Assembly: GCA_002840785.1 (NCBI GenBank) | Contig: PHCH01000004.1 | Location: 24,204 to 88,203 of the forward strand | DNA: 64,000 nt | DNA from: Betaproteobacteria bacterium HGW-Betaproteobacteria-4 | GTDB taxonomy: Bacteria; Pseudomonadota; Gammaproteobacteria; Burkholderiales; Rhodocyclaceae | Direction of reading: 5' to 3' | Shown: positions 1 to 10,078 of the stretch, piece after piece | Position numbering within the stretch: position 1 is the first letter of the stretch | Layout of the letters: each line of letters opens with the position of its first letter | Notes under the pieces: model-generated | Told to the model about the DNA's origin: nothing | Databases searched by the model: none | What the model saw: the letters and a program-made list of their open reading frames with translations, nothing else | Translations under genes and position numbers: made by a program

Positions 1-2893
1 CACTCAAGGCGAGCTTAACTGTCTTTGAGAAGCGACCTTTCGCATCCCATTCTTGTTTCCAGAAACCAGCCGCCTTTCCTCTAAGATTCGAAGGAAGGTC
101 TGCATCAAAGGCAAAAGAGCTCAGCAACTCATCAATCCAAGCGACAGATAGCGCACGAAGCTCTTCCGGACTTACTTTGTCGCCTATTTCACGCGAGATT
201 TGCTTTAAGGCTTTCGTTGTCGGCTCAACAAATCCTACGGTCGTTCCGGACAAAGAATAGTAACTACTGCAAAGTAGCTTAAGAAGCGCAACTTTGTAGC
301 GGGTCGGCGGAGTTCCTGGTGCGTAGTTTTCATCAAGTGACTCGGCCAAGTCTCCACCATTGCGCTTAAACATCTCGACATGTTCATCGAGTTTGTCAGC
401 ATCAATATCAAACATGGAGAGATTGTGCGTATTTAGCGTAGACAAAAAGGCAAGATACAAAACCTGGTCTGTAGGTTTCGCCTCACGCTTCACATCCTTC
501 AAGTAATTGACGGATAAGGCAATAGCTTGCCTGAATACATCTAGCTCCATATCCCGCGGCATATCACGGGCAAGACGCGCAGCTTTTTGTCTCCCATCCG
601 AGAACACTAAAACTTTTCGTCCCCCGTTGGGAAATTGACGGTCGGAGCGTCGCGTTGCAGGCTGATACGTCATTTGAGCACGAACCAGAGTAGAGAATGG
701 AGCCTCTCCCTTTGTTACATGGTCCATAATTTTTGAGACTTCACCTGCAGACTGCACAGTTCTCTTTCCACAAACAGGGCAGTTTTCAAATGTAAGTTCT
801 TTTGTAGTAATGACATCCTTATCTGGAATTCGAACTGACCGAAAACCTGAAACGTCTGAGGGACGACAATTTAACAATTTGCCAGTTGTTACATGGAGCC
901 ACATTTCTCTAGTATGAGCTGATGGGTGAGCTTTACCATCAAGCATCATTTCTACGGGATAGAGATGCCGTCTTTGGTCTTCTAAAGACAATGCATCGGG
1001 CTCATGCCATAAAAAATTTACCTTCTCATCTACCCAACCTTTAATGAAAGCTGCGCCACAGTCTCTGTGAGTAAAAAACTCATACACCCGGCCATTATCA
1101 TGGCAACCACATGTAAGTCGCGGCTTTGTATGGAAACTACCTAATAATGAAGGCTCCTTGTTTGCATTTAGTCTATTAGAGCAAGAAGATGATACGCAAG
1201 CATATAGCCCCGGAAGTCCCCTATAGAATAGATGGAGGCGCGTTGGCATAAGCACCCGCCCATCTGCCGCTCTTTTCGCTAAAGAGCACAATATCAAAAG
1301 TGTATCCAAAGCCCTGGCAGCCATCTCTGATGTAGCCTTTGGAAAAATCAGTGCATGGAGCTCTTCAAGGGCCGTCGCTCGGCCCATTACAGAAGAAATC
1401 AATAATTCAGCCGGGCCAAAACCCGATAAGCAATCAAACAGGTAATCGGGAAAAGGAGCGGTGTCTTGAGCGTTTAGAGACCAATCAAGGGATTTCCCTA
1501 GCCTAAATGCTTCTGCCGCCGCCATTTCGGGCTCTATTGCAAAGTTGGCAAGCACTCCTGTGTCGCAAATTGCCATGGCAGTTGATTCTGCTTCTGATGC
1601 TGGGCGGCCTACGCCTCTGGTCTCCTTCGTCCCAGTTATAACCTTGAAATCCCTTGATGAGTCGTCAGATTGCCCTGTTAAATCTTTTGCGAACTGTCGA
1701 ACATCCTCTAAAGCCTGAGGGCCTTCACCCAAGCTTGCGCTTGTTAGAATGCACCGAACCCTATCCCGCGTAATACCAAGTCTCGCTATTAGTCGGCGAA
1801 TTAGTAAAGCCACTTCTGCTCCGCCAGCCCCCCTGTACATATGGGCTTCGTCCAATACCAGAATTAGTTGATTCTGGCTGTCAGCAGCCAGCCATTCCGC
1901 AGTTTGTTCAAAAACCCCTTTCTCGATTGGGCGCAACAGCATGTACTCAAGCATGGAGTAATTTGTTACAAGCAGGTCGGGGCATTGAGCCTGCATTTCG
2001 TGCCGAGTCATCAACTCAAAATCATTTGGTTGCGTTCTTAAGCGCGCACCCCAATTCGCTGCAGTGTAAGAGCTTCCCGTTTTTTTCCCGCTTTTGTATT
2101 CTTTAGTTTCGGCGGCTACAGAGTTATAAAAATTAACCAAGTCTTTGCTTGGCCAGCGCCCCATGCTGACAAGTTGTTTTTTGAGTTCTGGCCTGCCTTC
2201 AACCTTTGAATAAAATTCATCAAACAAAGGCGCAATAAACTTATTGTCCTTTGCTGCATTGCGCTTGCCTGGATAGGGGGTTCTTCCGGTATAACTTCCA
2301 AACTGTATAGGTCTGCCGCGCCCAGCATTCACAGACGCATTTGCCTGCTCATTCCCCAACAGTCTTCTAATCCGAGCCATTTGGTCATTGACCAAGGCAT
2401 TCATTGGATAAAGCAAAATAGCTCGACACCCACGTAGTTTTGCTGATGCACCTCGTTCCTTCGACTCGATTGCTAAAGTGCCCAATATCGGCATCAAGAA
2501 ACTTTCTGTTTTACCCGAACCCGTTCCGGTTGCTATTACAAGGTCAGCAGAATCAGCCCCGAGAAATGCTTCAAGTGCATCAGACTGATGCTTATATGGC
2601 TTCGGGTATAAACCAACGTTCCCTCCCAGATTTGCAATCGAGCTTAATGCCGCTTTGGCCACTTCCGGAATACTTAGCTTTTGATAGGATTCACCTTGGG
2701 CATATATTGGAGTCGCTTCTATGAAGGCCTGTTGCGCAACAACACCTCGCTTCTGCAGAAGTGCTTTTCGCTCTTCGACTAGACGTTCATCTCTTATGTG
2801 ATACTGAGCTTCAATATATTGCTGAAGTGCAGAATGCAATCCTATCGCTGTTTCGTGGACACCGAGGCGTTCAGTTTTGTTTTTCTCAAACAT
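1..2893 (-). CDS. druE: Druantia DruE, large DEAH-box helicase (N-terminal part; runs off the window)
   Basis: Not in the ORF track (no stop in the window). Segments read manually in one frame from ATG 2893: MFEKNKTERLGVHETAIGLHSALQQYIEAQYHI; Walker A VIATGTGSGKTESF (~2500-2540); LYPMNALVNDQ; LVTNYSMLEYML; LVLDEAHMYRG; CILTSASL. Overlaps the druD stop by 8 bp. Confidence 0.88.
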   Translation of the reverse strand, partial: MFEKNKTERLGVHETAIGLHSALQQYIEAQYHIRDERLVEERKALLQKRGVVAQQAFIEATPIYAQGESYQKLSIPEVAKAALSSIANLGGNVGLYPKPYKHQSDALEAFLGADSADLVIATGTGSGKTESFLMPILGTLAIESKERGASAKLRGCRAILLYPMNALVNDQMARIRRLLGNEQANASVNAGRGRPIQFGSYTGRTPYPGKRNAAKDNKFIAPLFDEFYSKVEGRPELKKQLVSMGRWPSKDLVNFYNSVAAETKEYKSGKKTGSSYTAANWGARLRTQPNDFELMTRHEMQAQCPDLLVTNYSMLEYMLLRPIEKGVFEQTAEWLAADSQNQLILVLDEAHMYRGAGGAEVALLIRRLIARLGITRDRVRCILTSASLGEGPQALEDVRQFAKDLTGQSDDSSRDFKVITGTKETRGVGRPASEAESTAMAICDTGVLANFAIEPEMAAAEAFRLGKSLDWSLNAQDTAPFPDYLFDCLSGFGPAELLISSVMGRATALEELHALIFPKATSEMAARALDTLLILCSLAKRAADGRVLMPTRLHLFYRGLPGLYACVSSSCSNRLNANKEPSLLGSFHTKPRLTCGCHDNGRVYEFFTHRDCGAAFIKGWVDEKVNFLWHEPDALSLEDQRRHLYPVEMMLDGKAHPSAHTREMWLHVTTGKLLNCRPSDVSGFRSVRIPDKDVITTKELTFENCPVCGKRTVQSAGEVSKIMDHVTKGEAPFSTLVRAQMTYQPATRRSDRQFPNGGRKVLVFSDGRQKAARLARDMPRDMELDVFRQAIALSVNYLKDVKREAKPTDQVLYLAFLSTLNTHNLSMFDIDADKLDEHVEMFKRNGGDLAESLDENYAPGTPPTRYKVALLKLLCSSYYSLSGTTVGFVEPTTKALKQISREIGDKVSPEELRALSVAWIDELLSSFAFDADLPSNLRGKAAGFWKQEWDAKGRFSKTVKLALS

Positions 2894-3956
2894 TGTTAAC
2901 TCCAAAATCTCCGGCGATTGCTTCATATCCCAGATAGGCCAGTGTCGCCTGAAGCAAAGGAAATAATTCGATTGCAAAGACAAAAACGCGGGGCCATGGC
3001 CTTTCATCGTTAATAAACCTAATCCACCCTAAATCTAAGAAGCGATTTTCTGGCTGAGGAAGGGGATGAGGAATTCTGAAATACACGCATCGCCCGACAA
3101 ATTTTACGCGCACTTTATTCTTGCCATCCGCATAGGAAATAGCGCCCTGTAATCGCCTTGCATCACTGTTAGATATTTCTGTCATTGCTAATATCTTTGG
3201 TGGCTTATTCGGAACCCGCAGAATTTTCGCTAACCCGTAAATATAAAAACCACCCCTTTGCTGATTATTATCAGTGGCAACTCTTACGAGAGACAAACAG
3301 GAATCACCTAAGTAATCACCCAATTGCACCCATCGATTAAAAGCGTAAACAAATAAGTTTTCGGTTATTGATGTTGGTTGCATTGACTCAACAGCCGTTT
3401 TCTTAAACTCAATTGCCCAAGTACTTACGTCGCTATGCTGAATGCCTATCCAATCTTTCAAATTCTGTCGGGGCATACTCTCGAAAAAGGAACGCGTTCT
3501 ATCCGATAGCGTCACAACCCTTGCCCGGCCGCACACCGTTAATTCAGCCCGAAGCTCTCTAGGAAGCAATTGGAAAGGAGTTCCCCCAACTAGCAGATAG
3601 CTAGAAGCAGTGATTTCCACCAAACGCATTGGTGCCGGATACCATCCCTTTTTTACATGGACAACATCACCAATCGCTTCGAGTCGCCGTAGCTCTTCAA
3701 GGAGGATATTTGGACCGTCTTCGTTTAGCACCTCGGGCCAGATGGGAGACAGGCGATGTCTTGTAGGTCGCGTTATGTTTATAGTTGGAACAGGGGAAAT
3801 TTCGGGCGAGTCTTGACGAACCAGCCCGATTACTACAGCGGCTCGAAGATGCTCTGAAATTGCAGCAACCCTTGTTGCCTCTGGCACATCGCCAAATCGC
3901 AAATCATGCTCAATGGCACGATTTACATACTCTGGTGATAGCGCTTCTAGCTTCAC
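2886..3956 (-). CDS. druD: Druantia DruD
   Basis: 356 aa; GTG start overlaps the druC stop (GTGA); fourth position and size fit type I Druantia; no own motif recognised. Confidence 0.75.
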   Translation of the reverse strand: MKLEALSPEYVNRAIEHDLRFGDVPEATRVAAISEHLRAAVVIGLVRQDSPEISPVPTINITRPTRHRLSPIWPEVLNEDGPNILLEELRRLEAIGDVVHVKKGWYPAPMRLVEITASSYLLVGGTPFQLLPRELRAELTVCGRARVVTLSDRTRSFFESMPRQNLKDWIGIQHSDVSTWAIEFKKTAVESMQPTSITENLFVYAFNRWVQLGDYLGDSCLSLVRVATDNNQQRGGFYIYGLAKILRVPNKPPKILAMTEISNSDARRLQGAISYADGKNKVRVKFVGRCVYFRIPHPLPQPENRFLDLGWIRFINDERPWPRVFVFAIELFPLLQATLAYLGYEAIAGDFGVNNV

Positions 3957-5830
3957 TGCAACAGTTCTTCTGGTAACGCCACCAATGAACTGACCACAAT
4001 GGCACTTTCAGAAACCTCAGGTAGCGATTTGACAATCAACTCTTCGAGGCTTGACTTATTTACCCCAGTCGCAACAGCCCATGGGATGAGCCATGCAGAC
4101 AACATGATTTCACTCGCCAATTCATAGTTTTCTAGATTGGCTAAATGGAGGAGGGATACAGTACGTTGCAGCAGGCGCTTCCTAAGTTGATTTGTCTTCA
4201 GACCCATAGTCTCTATTGCCTCTATAAGGTCTGCAGACTCTTGGCCTGCTCCTGACATTTCAAGTAACTCATTCGGTCGAATTTCATCAAATACGCCTGG
4301 CCTTTGCTTATTCCATTTCGAACGCATCCAATTCAAACCATCAGAATTTATCAATGGCCCCAGTTGTAGAAGAGGAAGTCCACCTGGCAACACTGCGGGC
4401 CCATCCGCCCAAGTAGCGATTAACGGACGATATGACAGACACTCATCACCCCCTACTAGCCTACGCAGCACCAACTCACGAAGCTCGTCACCGTAGACTT
4501 CAAACGCTGAGCGGTTAATCCCTTTGACAAGCAAACAGCCATATTGGCTTTCGTCTGCTCTCATCCACTCCATTGCAACTTCCGCCATTCCTCCGTCACA
4601 CAAACCGAGCGGTACATGCCAAACCAATCCATTACCCCCAGCTAGCGCAACTGACGTTGCTTCTGCCAATAGTTCACCAAAAGACCCCGAAAACTGAATT
4701 AGCTGCCCCGAAACTGTGGCCACCAAAATGGTGTGTGCAACCCACTCACAATCCGTTTCCGACAAACCAACTGCGGCGAGGTTATTAACTATACTTTGAT
4801 GCGCGAGCTCGTAACTTTTTAGCGAAATATTAGGCGACGGCCATTCTCTTGAAACAGAATACATTCCCGACGATGACGTACCTATCTCAGCGAAATGCGA
4901 AGACCGTACTTCTGTTGAGGTGTCGTTCGACCGTGGAGGCGGGGGCGTACACAAATCATTTTTTATTTCCGCTAGGGACTGCGTTAAATCAGTTAGTCGA
5001 AGGTCTTGTTCTCGTACAAAAGAAGCAATCTGTTCAATTTTCTCTTTCTGCGACTCCCCTTGGGCTGAGATAAAACCTTTCAAATTATTTTGTAATAGCA
5101 ATCGCTCCCGCTCTTCTCTTTCTTCGGATTTACTCACACATTGTCTGAGTAAATTTATCTCTGCAGTTAAACCCTCTGGAGCTTTCGCCTGCGATATAAC
5201 TAGCTTCTCCAACTCATCGATTCGGGTGGCTATCTTCTGTAAATTAATGTTTTGACCTGCTGCACGCTCTTCAATGCCCTTAAGCAAATCAGAGAGGGCT
5301 GCTATTTTGTCAGGCAGTGCTGCGAACTCTCTTTGTTTCTCCAGTTCAGAAACTGTTGGAAGAGACTCTAGTCGTTTCGTTACATCTGAGTTGTCGGAGA
5401 ATGGTCCAAAAACTAAAAGCCTCTCAACATCTTCCTTGGCACAATTATCACTTCCGCATCTGCGAATGAGTTCATCGATAAAAAAGGAAGCGCCATCAGC
5501 TCCCATCTCGTTGAGTTCTTTTGGAGTAAGTGAAAAGCTGCCACCAAATTTCTCAATTGCATGAAAAGCCCACATGCACCCTAAAACTCCCCATTCAACC
5601 TCATTATTGCGAATCTTGGCATCCCCTGTATGGGCCAATACATGGACCAGCTTTTTAACTCGTTCTTTAATTTCTGCCGTTGAGTTTTTTCTGAACCCAT
5701 CAACCGTAGGCAATGCCTTGACAGCATCTAAACGTTGCTGAGGCGAAATTTCGTCAATGTAGGCTGCAATTCTTGCGGCTCCTTGACCGGAAATTCGAAG
5801 TTTTGCGGACTCACTATATGTTACAAGCAT
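3953..5830 (-). CDS. druC: Druantia DruC
   Basis: 625 aa with central coiled-coil; TAATG overlap with druB; position and size fit type I Druantia. Confidence 0.75.
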   Translation of the reverse strand: MLVTYSESAKLRISGQGAARIAAYIDEISPQQRLDAVKALPTVDGFRKNSTAEIKERVKKLVHVLAHTGDAKIRNNEVEWGVLGCMWAFHAIEKFGGSFSLTPKELNEMGADGASFFIDELIRRCGSDNCAKEDVERLLVFGPFSDNSDVTKRLESLPTVSELEKQREFAALPDKIAALSDLLKGIEERAAGQNINLQKIATRIDELEKLVISQAKAPEGLTAEINLLRQCVSKSEEREERERLLLQNNLKGFISAQGESQKEKIEQIASFVREQDLRLTDLTQSLAEIKNDLCTPPPPRSNDTSTEVRSSHFAEIGTSSSGMYSVSREWPSPNISLKSYELAHQSIVNNLAAVGLSETDCEWVAHTILVATVSGQLIQFSGSFGELLAEATSVALAGGNGLVWHVPLGLCDGGMAEVAMEWMRADESQYGCLLVKGINRSAFEVYGDELRELVLRRLVGGDECLSYRPLIATWADGPAVLPGGLPLLQLGPLINSDGLNWMRSKWNKQRPGVFDEIRPNELLEMSGAGQESADLIEAIETMGLKTNQLRKRLLQRTVSLLHLANLENYELASEIMLSAWLIPWAVATGVNKSSLEELIVKSLPEVSESAIVVSSLVALPEELLQ

Positions 5831-7458
5831 TAAATCACCCTTGCTTTATCTGAGTTCTTAAGTATTCCTATTTCTTTCATCAATACGATATGCAGGGACT
5901 TCATCGCATCCCTGGGAGTACTCGAAAGAAATGCCTTGATAAGCGATTCGTCACTGAAGCGTTTAGCTAATCGAGGCCAAGTAGGCCTGGTGTCGAACTG
6001 CATCAGATATGCCAATAGCCGTTTTCTAGTTCGCGTGGCAATTACATACTTACAGTCATCGGAAGTGGCCTGAGGCGCTGCAGATGTAGCGGTTCCCAAA
6101 GCGCCGAAATCAATGCGAATGTCAGTTGTGGGGTTATCAAGGGCCTTTACCAACAGCTCCGCAGCCTCCTGACCATCTTTGGTCAGCAATGCGACTAATT
6201 TCCAAACCCCATTCCTTCCGGCATATATCTTCCCTTGGCAGCCAGGCGGAAAATCGATTGAAACAGGCGTTATTGTTTTGTTTCTAGCTTGAGAAAGCCA
6301 CTCAGACGACTCCATGCTGTGTAGATATACTTTACACAATGAACCATTCTGCCCCCCCCCAATCATTTGTACAGATGCAAAAAAATGTGAAGATGGTGCC
6401 GGCTTGAACCCAATTTCGATTCGGGCATCCTGCATACTTCGAGATATGACTTGCAGTTCTTTTTCTTCATCAGAGAAAAGCTGGAAGAAATGAGGCTCTT
6501 CGAGTAGCAGATTTACACCCATCACTTCTGTTCCTGACCGAGAAAATACCGAGGGAGACTCGGAATACTCCCTTCTCAAAGCTCCAGTAAGAGAAAAAAC
6601 GAGGGGAGTACGTTCGGCGCTCTCGAAATAGCGGGCCGTGACTGCATGAACATATGGGGGCCATACAGGGACAAATGTTGGAGTCTCTTCAGCAAGGGCA
6701 ACTCCAGAAAAACTTTCAACCCAAATTTTTGATGCCTTGGACAACTGAGATGGGATGGTAACCAGTGCGCCATTCCACTCAGCTCTTTGCGACAGCATTT
6801 CTATATGAAACTCTTCGGGGAATACTGGCTTGGCAGACTGATGCCATATGAATGCATATGTATGTTCAACTCGTAATTCGCTCGCTCGTGGTAACAATTG
6901 CGAGCCTGGGCGTACGACATCCCCAAAAACAGTCGCTTCTCGTGTTTTTAGCCCAGTACACGACCTGCTAAGTCGTTCAAAGAGTACCGAGTTATGTGGT
7001 TCTATCGAGATAACTCTATATGGCTGAGACTGTGGTTCAGCAACAAGACGCCTTGCTGTTCCAATGTTTCCTGTAAGGTTTATAAGTTGCTGCCTCCCCC
7101 CCACATCAATCAGAATGCTCCCTCTATCGCACCCTCGAGTTGGAACGGAGAGCTCAATCCCCCACCCACGAGGAAAGCCTACTGTCGCAAGTTGAAGGCC
7201 AATGGCGATTTCCCAAGGCTGTCCAAGTAACGCATGCTGGTCATTCGTGAAGTCATGGGCATGGGTAGTTGACGAGAAATAGAGCTCGCAATCCGGTCTT
7301 CCCGTTCCTTTTTTATGCGCGAAGTGTGGGTCATGAGCCACTCCCGCACGCAAAAATACGGGTGCTTGGCAAACTGGACATATGTACGACTCACTATGTG
7401 ATGCGTCAGATGCATCCACCAAATAGCGAGGGGAGAACTTCTGGCGAGCAATCTTCAC
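5830..7458 (-). CDS. druB: Druantia DruB (N-terminal CoiA-like Zn motif)
   Basis: 542 aa; YICPVCQAPVFLRAGVAHDPHFAH; second gene after a DUF4338 protein. Confidence 0.78.
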   Translation of the reverse strand: MKIARQKFSPRYLVDASDASHSESYICPVCQAPVFLRAGVAHDPHFAHKKGTGRPDCELYFSSTTHAHDFTNDQHALLGQPWEIAIGLQLATVGFPRGWGIELSVPTRGCDRGSILIDVGGRQQLINLTGNIGTARRLVAEPQSQPYRVISIEPHNSVLFERLSRSCTGLKTREATVFGDVVRPGSQLLPRASELRVEHTYAFIWHQSAKPVFPEEFHIEMLSQRAEWNGALVTIPSQLSKASKIWVESFSGVALAEETPTFVPVWPPYVHAVTARYFESAERTPLVFSLTGALRREYSESPSVFSRSGTEVMGVNLLLEEPHFFQLFSDEEKELQVISRSMQDARIEIGFKPAPSSHFFASVQMIGGGQNGSLCKVYLHSMESSEWLSQARNKTITPVSIDFPPGCQGKIYAGRNGVWKLVALLTKDGQEAAELLVKALDNPTTDIRIDFGALGTATSAAPQATSDDCKYVIATRTRKRLLAYLMQFDTRPTWPRLAKRFSDESLIKAFLSSTPRDAMKSLHIVLMKEIGILKNSDKARVI

Positions 7459-7490
7459 TTGCTACTTATCCTCGTTAGCAAGAAAAGATG

Positions 7491-8699
7491 TCATACAGCA
7501 ATACTTACAGGCTCGACTGTCTTGTAGGTCAGGCCTGTCTTGATAAGCCCTTCCATAAACAATGGAGACCACTGTTTGTACTCATTGTGGGAGCAAGCTC
7601 GTTGAATCAACCAACGATTAACCGCCACTTCGCCGATTGCCTTGGCTGACTGCAATGAATCTAGCTTCGTTAAGCCTGTTTCTCCGCGAAGCAACTCCAA
7701 TGAATTGTCAGCCAGAAGTGATACGAAGACCTCTCTCTGTATCCCGTGCTTTAGCAAATCTCCCTTAAACCCTAATTCAGCCAGGGCCGCTCGTATCGTC
7801 CTAATACGCCAATTTGGCCCTTGGCCAAATGCATGTAAATCGGCGTACTCGTGCCCTTTCTGACGCAGATAGTCTCGCATCTCCACAAACAAATTGTCAG
7901 GCACATGAAAATGCCCCCAACCCCCAGTAAAACCTAGGCTTTTGAAGTAAACCGTCCCATCTATTTTTAGTCGGTTATATAGCGACGAACGCCCCATCGA
8001 CGACGATGTTGTTACTGCAAGCAATTGGGGGTGCTTAGATTGTTGTGAAATTATTCCTACAGATTGCCCGTATGTGGCAGCAAACTCATCATAGATTTCA
8101 CGGCTACGTACCATACATGCGACCAATTTCCCTCCGAGCAACATGTTGTAAGGGGGAATCGCTCCTAGTACATAAGCATCTAAAACATTAACTAATCGCT
8201 CTGCTCGGTCCGCACCTGACCATCCAATGAATTTATCTCGCACTGCTAAGTTAAAAACAGGGTCTCCAATGGCCAATAGGCCTATCAATTTTCCATTCTG
8301 CTCATCCCAAAGGAGAAAGCGAAGTCTTCTGCCGAAGCCACTGGATACAGGAACCGACCATGAAAGTGATGCCAGTCGAAACAAATCAGATTGCCAAGTT
8401 CCACTTACTACCCTTTCTAACCGTGGAGCGATTTTTGAGGCATCGACTTCAGCTCCAGCTGCGAAGTGTTTTTGTAGAACAGGAAGAGACTTGCTCAGGA
8501 AGGTTGAGGAGTTCTCAAGGATAACCTTGCGCTGAGGCGCGTGTACCGCCCGAATAACCTCCTTCGTAAAGCCGGGAGCAAGCAAAGCTCCGCCATCGGC
8601 CTTCGTGAACCCAAGTGATGCAAGATGTCTTCGAATCTTGCGTTTCAAGAGAGATTCCTTCGGATTGAGTTGAATCAGTATGTTTTTATCTTTATTCAT
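7491..8699 (-). CDS. druA: Druantia DruA (DUF4338)
   Basis: 402 aa; WSVPVSSGFGRRLRFLLWDEQNGKLIGL, GAIPPYNMLLGGKLVA and TTSSSMGRSSLYNRL are typical DruA/DUF4338 segments. Confidence 0.9.
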   Translation of the reverse strand: MNKDKNILIQLNPKESLLKRKIRRHLASLGFTKADGGALLAPGFTKEVIRAVHAPQRKVILENSSTFLSKSLPVLQKHFAAGAEVDASKIAPRLERVVSGTWQSDLFRLASLSWSVPVSSGFGRRLRFLLWDEQNGKLIGLLAIGDPVFNLAVRDKFIGWSGADRAERLVNVLDAYVLGAIPPYNMLLGGKLVACMVRSREIYDEFAATYGQSVGIISQQSKHPQLLAVTTSSSMGRSSLYNRLKIDGTVYFKSLGFTGGWGHFHVPDNLFVEMRDYLRQKGHEYADLHAFGQGPNWRIRTIRAALAELGFKGDLLKHGIQREVFVSLLADNSLELLRGETGLTKLDSLQSAKAIGEVAVNRWLIQRACSHNEYKQWSPLFMEGLIKTGLTYKTVEPVSIAV

Positions 8700-9061
8700 G
8701 ATGCATCGAACGAAGCTGGGCTATCCCAATATCCTAACCTCAAACAAGCAAGCGCACAGCTATTCTTGCCAAAGACGATAGCTCTGATTTTCGCGCCGAC
8801 AACCATCATCTCTGACCACCACGAAGCAAGTTTTTGATAGTGATAGGAAACAATTAAGTCTTTCGGGAGACAATTAAGTCTGTCGGGCAGGGAGTCACTA
8901 ACTACTTGATTCGAGGCAATCATAGAATTACCAATTCTTGGGCAAAGTCCGTAGGGGGGGACCACTCCCCCCCACTGCACCCGCCTAGAATTACGCGATA
9001 GTCTGTCGAACCAAATAGTCACAAGGATTTTGAGCTCTCGGCACTCGACCGTGGCCTTCAA
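8696..9061 (-). CDS. Hypothetical 121-aa ORF bridging jetD and druA
   Basis: TTG start with GGAG 4 nt upstream, 12 bp after the jetD stop; its TGA overlaps the druA ATG (ATGA); no recognisable domain. Confidence 0.3.
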   Translation of the reverse strand: MKATVECRELKILVTIWFDRLSRNSRRVQWGGVVPPYGLCPRIGNSMIASNQVVSDSLPDRLNCLPKDLIVSYHYQKLASWWSEMMVVGAKIRAIVFGKNSCALACLRLGYWDSPASFDAS

Positions 9062-9073
9062 TAATCTCCGCGC

Positions 9074-10078
9074 CTAGCCGATGGTTTCCAGTATCTCCAG
9101 CCCCAATGCCTCCTGTGGAATCCAACTACCACCACCCCATAATTTAACCAAGATTTCGCCTAGGTCTGCTCCTAACCATTCGCGCGCAACTCCGGCGGCG
9201 CTGCCATGTTCTGGCTCAAGTGTTTTCATGCGCCGGACACCGTTTTCCAACAACCAACGATAGAACTCCAATGCAGGTTCTACGCGCGTATCTTCGGTGC
9301 CTACCGACCGATTGAAGTCGAGCGGGATGCGAATCCCGGTCGGGTCGAGGTCTCCCAGGTATTCCGCGCCAACGCCAGCGACTTCGCGGAGCACTTGGTC
9401 AAGGGCTCGACCGCTGCTGCGAAAGGCTTCACCCGCTCCATATACAACCGCGGAATACCGTTTGGCTTCGTGATTCCACTCGCCAAAGCTCCAGAAGCTG
9501 TTGTGGTTTTCAAGGATGAGTACGGGTTTGCCGGGTGCGTTGGCCAAGCGATACGGCAAGGGCAGTGGCACTTGAAACGCGCCAATCGTAGAAATGGGCA
9601 TCCGCCCCGTGAACAAGGTATCGCCGGTACGCATTGCATCGAGACGCTTTTCATCCCCGAAGATTTCCAAGGAGCGCTCCTTGATAGGCACCGGCCGAAA
9701 AGCCCCTCTGCGACGGAGCAAAAAGTCGTTTATCGCCTTTGCCGACTCCAGGGCGGTCGGCTTCAACTCTGGCCAAAACCCCAGTTCCGGTACCCAGGGT
9801 ATGGCCGAATAATCTTCGCGTTCGTCGGCAGACCTATCTCGCGCCAGTTGTATCCAGTTTGGTAGCGGTGGGTTTCCCAGTTTCTCCCAGCTACCTGCAG
9901 CCGGCAATTGAATCAACCGCGCCTCCTCGAGCACACGCAACGACTCGAGCAACTGCGCACCCCGCGTAGGGCTGGCGACCAGCTCTGGGCGTGCCTCAAA
10001 GAACATACGTCGAACGTCGTCCAGTGGAATGCGCTTGCGCGAACTTTGCTGTAATCGCCTGTGAAAATCTGCGGTCAT
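9074..10078 (-). CDS. jetD: Wadjet JetD-like Toprim nuclease (DUF2220)
   Basis: IKERSLEIFGDEKRLD, VLILENHNSF (Toprim E), VVYGAG, YLGDLDPTG (DxD); ATGA overlap with the SMC gene. Confidence 0.85.
   Translation of the reverse strand: MTADFHRRLQQSSRKRIPLDDVRRMFFEARPELVASPTRGAQLLESLRVLEEARLIQLPAAGSWEKLGNPPLPNWIQLARDRSADEREDYSAIPWVPELGFWPELKPTALESAKAINDFLLRRRGAFRPVPIKERSLEIFGDEKRLDAMRTGDTLFTGRMPISTIGAFQVPLPLPYRLANAPGKPVLILENHNSFWSFGEWNHEAKRYSAVVYGAGEAFRSSGRALDQVLREVAGVGAEYLGDLDPTGIRIPLDFNRSVGTEDTRVEPALEFYRWLLENGVRRMKTLEPEHGSAAGVAREWLGADLGEILVKLWGGGSWIPQEALGLEILETIG

Noticed and set aside
3112-3119. ACTTTATT TnsB-like box
   Set aside because: Single copy inside druD coding sequence; expected by chance
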